DNA of 64,000 nucleotides from Basidiobolus meristosporus CBS 931.73. Its lineage: Eukaryota; Fungi; Basidiobolomycota. A program made the translations under genes and the position numbers. The notes beneath the pieces were generated by a model that saw only the letters and a list, made by a program, of their open reading frames with translations, made no database searches and was not told the DNA's origin. The stretch spans positions 116,379 to 180,378 of the forward strand of contig MCFE01000079.1 in NCBI GenBank assembly GCA_002104905.1. Direction: 5' to 3'. Positions 61,052 through 64,000 of the stretch are shown here, one piece after another. Position 1 is the stretch's first letter; the number at the start of each line of letters is the position of its first letter.

Positions 61052-61804
61052 TTAGGGGAGGGAAAGTCACCAAGTTGGTGAAGTCTTTATTTGAGTCAAG
61101 AACTAATCTAAGTACAAATAAAGAAGCCAATTAAGAGGTCTAGAACCTCTCTAATAAGTAATCTAATTTATGTTTTGTTTCATCTCTAATGTTTGTTTCA
61201 ATAAAGTAAAGCTCATCAGGGGTAAATATAAAATTCAGGGGTTTTGGGGGAAGTACAAATTGTAGATGTTTCTGATCAATATAATCCAAGACTGGAACCC
61301 AGCCTGGGATTATGTGTAGTAGGAAAGGTGTGTGGACTTGTAAGTAGCTCTGCCACATAGATCTTAGATGGTCCTCAGCCAGTAGTCTTGGTTTCTCAGC
61401 TTTTTGAAGGTTTGAAGCAAGCTCTGTTACTACAGCACAGCCAACCAGGGTCTGCCAGCAAGAAGATTTCAGGTAGGAGTTAGATTTAAACCATTGTTTG
61501 ATGGAGGGGTTATGTGATTTCTGAAGTTGACTAGGAAGGAAGCACAGAGATAGATCATTTGGATTTGGTATGGGTAGAACCCAAAGGCTCCATTAGTTGC
61601 ATGGATATAGGGAGATACTGGAAGATAAGGTACCAAGGATCTGATACACTGATGGAGAAATTTATCCAGGCGGTGAAGTTCTCTGGAGGTTAGGGGTATA
61701 ATGTGGAGACCAAATTCAAGTACTGGCAGTACATACTGCTTCAGAAGTATAGGGATCTTTTGAATTGGAGTGTCTGGAGTGACTACTACCAGGAGCTTTT
61801 TGAG
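61052..61804 (-). mobile_element. Telomeric array unit 4: 5'-truncated RT family Y (~750 bp)
   Basis: Manual translation LLKQYVLPVLEFGL...LDKFLHQCIRSLVPYLP...GAFGFYPY...SCWQTL...EKPRL aligns with family X; one frameshift near 61530. Confidence 0.85.
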
Positions 61805-61920
61805 AGGGGGGGGAGACAGTCACCAGCAGGTGAAATCTTTATTTCAGCTGAAACAAAGAAGCCAGCGCTACTGTTGTAGCTTTGATACAAGAGTGTGTAG
61901 CTGAGGGGAATTTGTAGGTA
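61805..61920 (-). mobile_element. Telomeric array unit 5: 3' stub of family X (~115 bp)
   Basis: Nearly identical to the 3' end of unit 7; followed by (GGGTTA)3 at 61921-61938. Confidence 0.85.
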
Positions 61921-62064
61921 GGGTTAGGGTTAGGGTTAGGGGAGGGAAAGTCACCAAGGTAGGTGAAATCTTTATTTGATTACAGACAAGTCTAACAACA
62001 AATAAAGAAGCCAGCTGGGAATAGAAGATTCCCAAAGTAAACACTAAGTTGAATATGAATAAAT

Positions 62065-62793
62065 CTAAGCTAAAGTTAAGGCAGTGTCCCAGAGTACACT
62101 GGAGTTCAGGTTCATGGGGGAGTGAAGTAGATGAGCTTGAGAGATATAATAATCTTTGAGGAAGTGGGTAACAGCAGGTGAAGGGGAGATTTTGATAAGT
62201 GAAGTGAGTCTTGAGATCAGAGATTCCTCTAATGAGAAGGTCTTGTAAACTGGAGAATCAGGAAACTCTTTAAAGGCATGGTCAGTAGGTTCCCAGTAAA
62301 ACTGGTCAGAGACATTTTGAAAGAATTGTTTAGCAATACTTTTGTCAAGTACAACCTCCAGAGTGTGATGGTTGATAAATCTCATGTTGACAATCTTGGA
62401 TAAGTTGTAACCTTGTTGCTTGAGATACTTCCTATGCTCAGATATAGGAATAAACTCCACATTGGCAAAGTAACAGACAGCCCAGTCAGTAGCAGGAGGC
62501 AAATCAGGAGTGGCAGGAAACTTTCTTTTGGTCTTGAGAGGAGCAGCAGGATGTCTTGAGGAAGCAGGAACAGACTTTTTGACAACTTCAGAGTAGGAAG
62601 AGTGAGCAGGAGCATTTGTTTCTTGAGGAGTCTTGTTGGCAGGAAGAGTTGGCACAGGGACAATAGATTCTTGCAGATCAGAGAAGGCAGAAAAGAGCTT
62701 TTGAACTTGTTTCTTGAGTAGAGCATTTTCAGCTTCAACAAGTGCAAGCCTTTCCTCAAGGAAGGAAATCTGAAGGGAATGGAGTGAAGGCAT
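62065..62793 (-). CDS. ORF1/gag-like protein (242 aa): coiled coil, SYSEVVK motif, RRM-like domain
   Basis: Heptads LEERLALVEAENALLKKQVQKL; SYSEVVKK; basic linker; CYFANVEFIPISEHRKYL..G..LSKIVNMRFI...LEVV; RRM-like fold is an inference. Confidence 0.7.
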   Translation of the reverse strand: MPSLHSLQISFLEERLALVEAENALLKKQVQKLFSAFSDLQESIVPVPTLPANKTPQETNAPAHSSYSEVVKKSVPASSRHPAAPLKTKRKFPATPDLPPATDWAVCYFANVEFIPISEHRKYLKQQGYNLSKIVNMRFINHHTLEVVLDKSIAKQFFQNVSDQFYWEPTDHAFKEFPDSPVYKTFSLEESLISRLTSLIKISPSPAVTHFLKDYYISQAHLLHSPMNLNSSVLWDTALTLA

Positions 62794-62834
62794 AAGAAAT
62801 AAGAAGAAGAGGGTAGGATGGGGTGGGTGGGTGG

Positions 62835-63187
62835 GAAAATTAGCAGGGAGAAGAGAAGGAAGAAGCAAAAATTCCAGAAGTCAGAATTTATAGATGGATG
62901 GACAAGGGTGGATGGATGGATTATTCCTGGGTTAGGAAAATTAGCAGGGAGAAGAGAAGGAAGGAGCAAAAATTCCAGAAGTCAGAATTTATAGATGGAT
63001 GGACAAGGGTGGATGGATGGATTATTCCTGGGTTAGGAAAATTAGCAGGGAGAAGAGAAGGAAGGAGCAAAAATTCCAGAAGTCAGAATTTATAGATGGA
63101 TGGACAAGGGTGGATGGATGGATTATTCCTGGGTTAGGAAAATTAGCAGGGAGAAGAGAAGGAAGGAGCAAAAATTCCAGAAGTCAG
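62835..63187. repeat. 101-bp tandem repeat, ~3.5 near-identical copies, containing GGGTTAGG
   Basis: Unit starts at 62929, 63030 and 63131 (period exactly 101). Confidence 0.97.
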
Positions 63188-63825
63188 GGTTAGGGGGGAG
63201 ACAGTCACCAACAGGTGAAATCTTTATTTCAGTTGAAACAAAGAAGCCAGCGCTACTGTTGTAGCTTTGATACAAGAGTGTGTAGCTGAGGGGAATTTGT
63301 AGGTAAGTTAATAAGAAGTGATGATAGTTCTTCAGTGCTCAAGACACTGTTCAGTGGGAAGGGGGGTAGCAAGAGAGGTAAGAATGACTTGTGAACAACA
63401 TTAATGAGGGGAATGTGATTAGGATTGATATTCATCATAAAGGGAGTGTGCTGCTGCAGATATTGCTGCCAAAGGTCTGTCAAGTACTTCAGGTAGGCCA
63501 GCTTGGGTTTTTCTGACTGCAGAATAAATTCTGCAAACTTCTTGACTTCAGGATCTCCAAGTATAGTTCTCCAGCAGGAGCCAGGTGTTGTGTGGTGTGT
63601 TCTCTTCCAGGCCTTAATCAGTGGGTTGTTGCAGTGGTGAAGTCTGAGATATAATCTGGTTCTAAGGTAGAGAAGTCTGATCTTATAGGGCATAAACCCA
63701 AAAGCACCAAGAATAGCATGTCTGTAGGGGCATTCAGGCAAATGAGGCACCAAGGAGGTAATGCACCATACTGCAAACTTGTCAAGCTTAGTGCAGTCTC
63801 TAGAAGTAAGAGAGAGAAGTGGTAA
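63188..63825 (-). mobile_element. Telomeric array unit 7: 5'-truncated family X (~635 bp), directly capped by the telomere
   Basis: ORF 63253-63753 is a close variant of the unit 3 ORF; 3' motif intact. Confidence 0.88.
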
Positions 63826-64000
63826 GGGTTAGGGTTAGGTTAGGGTTAGGGTTAGGGTTAGGGTTAGGGTTAGGGTTAGGGTTAGGGTTAGGGTTAGGGT
63901 TAGGGTTAGGGTTAGGGTTAGGTTAGGGTTAGGGTTAGGGTTAGGGTTAGGGTTAGGGTTAGGGTTAGGGTTAGGGTTAGGGTTAGGGTTAGGGTTAGGG
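63826..64000 (+). repeat. Telomere (TTAGGG)n
   Basis: Continuous TTAGGG repeats to the window end, G-rich strand 5'->3' outward; two TTAGG variants. Confidence 0.99.

Larger units (their letters stand above)
61936..63187 (-). mobile_element. Telomeric array unit 6: ORF1(gag-like)-only element Z with 5' tandem monomers
   Basis: Own copy of the shared 3' motif, ~120-nt 3' UTR, one intact ORF, 101-bp repeats at the 5' end. Confidence 0.8.

Noticed and set aside
63199-63250. Hammerhead ribozyme in the shared 3' motif (as in Terminon/Penelope pLTRs)
   Set aside because: A stem followed by GAAA and a second stem is present on the + strand, but no CUGANGA core precedes it and no NUH follows; neither strand fits
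63835-63922. TTAGG variant repeats as evidence of a second telomerase template
   Set aside because: Only two isolated single-G losses; indistinguishable from homopolymer sequencing error or telomerase slippage
1-64000. tRNA or rRNA genes
   Set aside because: No cloverleaf with A/B boxes or rRNA-like conserved segment recognised by eye; tRNAscan-SE or barrnap would be needed to exclude them

Overview
Right-hand end of a fungal chromosome, probably an early-diverging (non-Dikarya) lineage. That placement is an inference from ~55-70 nt GT-AG introns with CTRAC-like branch sites, TTAGGG telomeres, and animal-like Gemin8, UBE2S, HYPK and myosin RLC genes. There are three zones. (1) 0-37.5 kb: gene-dense, CpG-normal housekeeping block (RRP46, claudin-like, RanBD protein, LRR-TM protein, RPL19, RPS18, Gemin8, TAF5, VMA4, Stc1-like, TMEM42, CK1/HRR25, RLC, HYPK, RPB10, UTP17, HUB1, UBE2S, RPS19, ACP1, two 7TM proteins, ADH). 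(2) 37.5-59.6 kb: subtelomeric accessory zone with a 4-copy tandem secreted-protein gene, a strongly CpG-depleted block of decayed Ty1/Copia and other repeats, and two Cys-rich secreted paralogues. (3) 59.6-64 kb: head-to-tail array of seven non-LTR retroelement units joined by 0-3 TTAGGG repeats and capped by the telomere. The array has two diverged RT-encoding families plus an ORF1(gag-like)-only element, all sharing a 3'-terminal double hairpin that abuts telomeric repeats. It resembles a HeT-A/TART-type telomeric retrotransposon system coexisting with telomerase repeats and is the most interesting signal here. All exon boundaries and alignments were read by eye.
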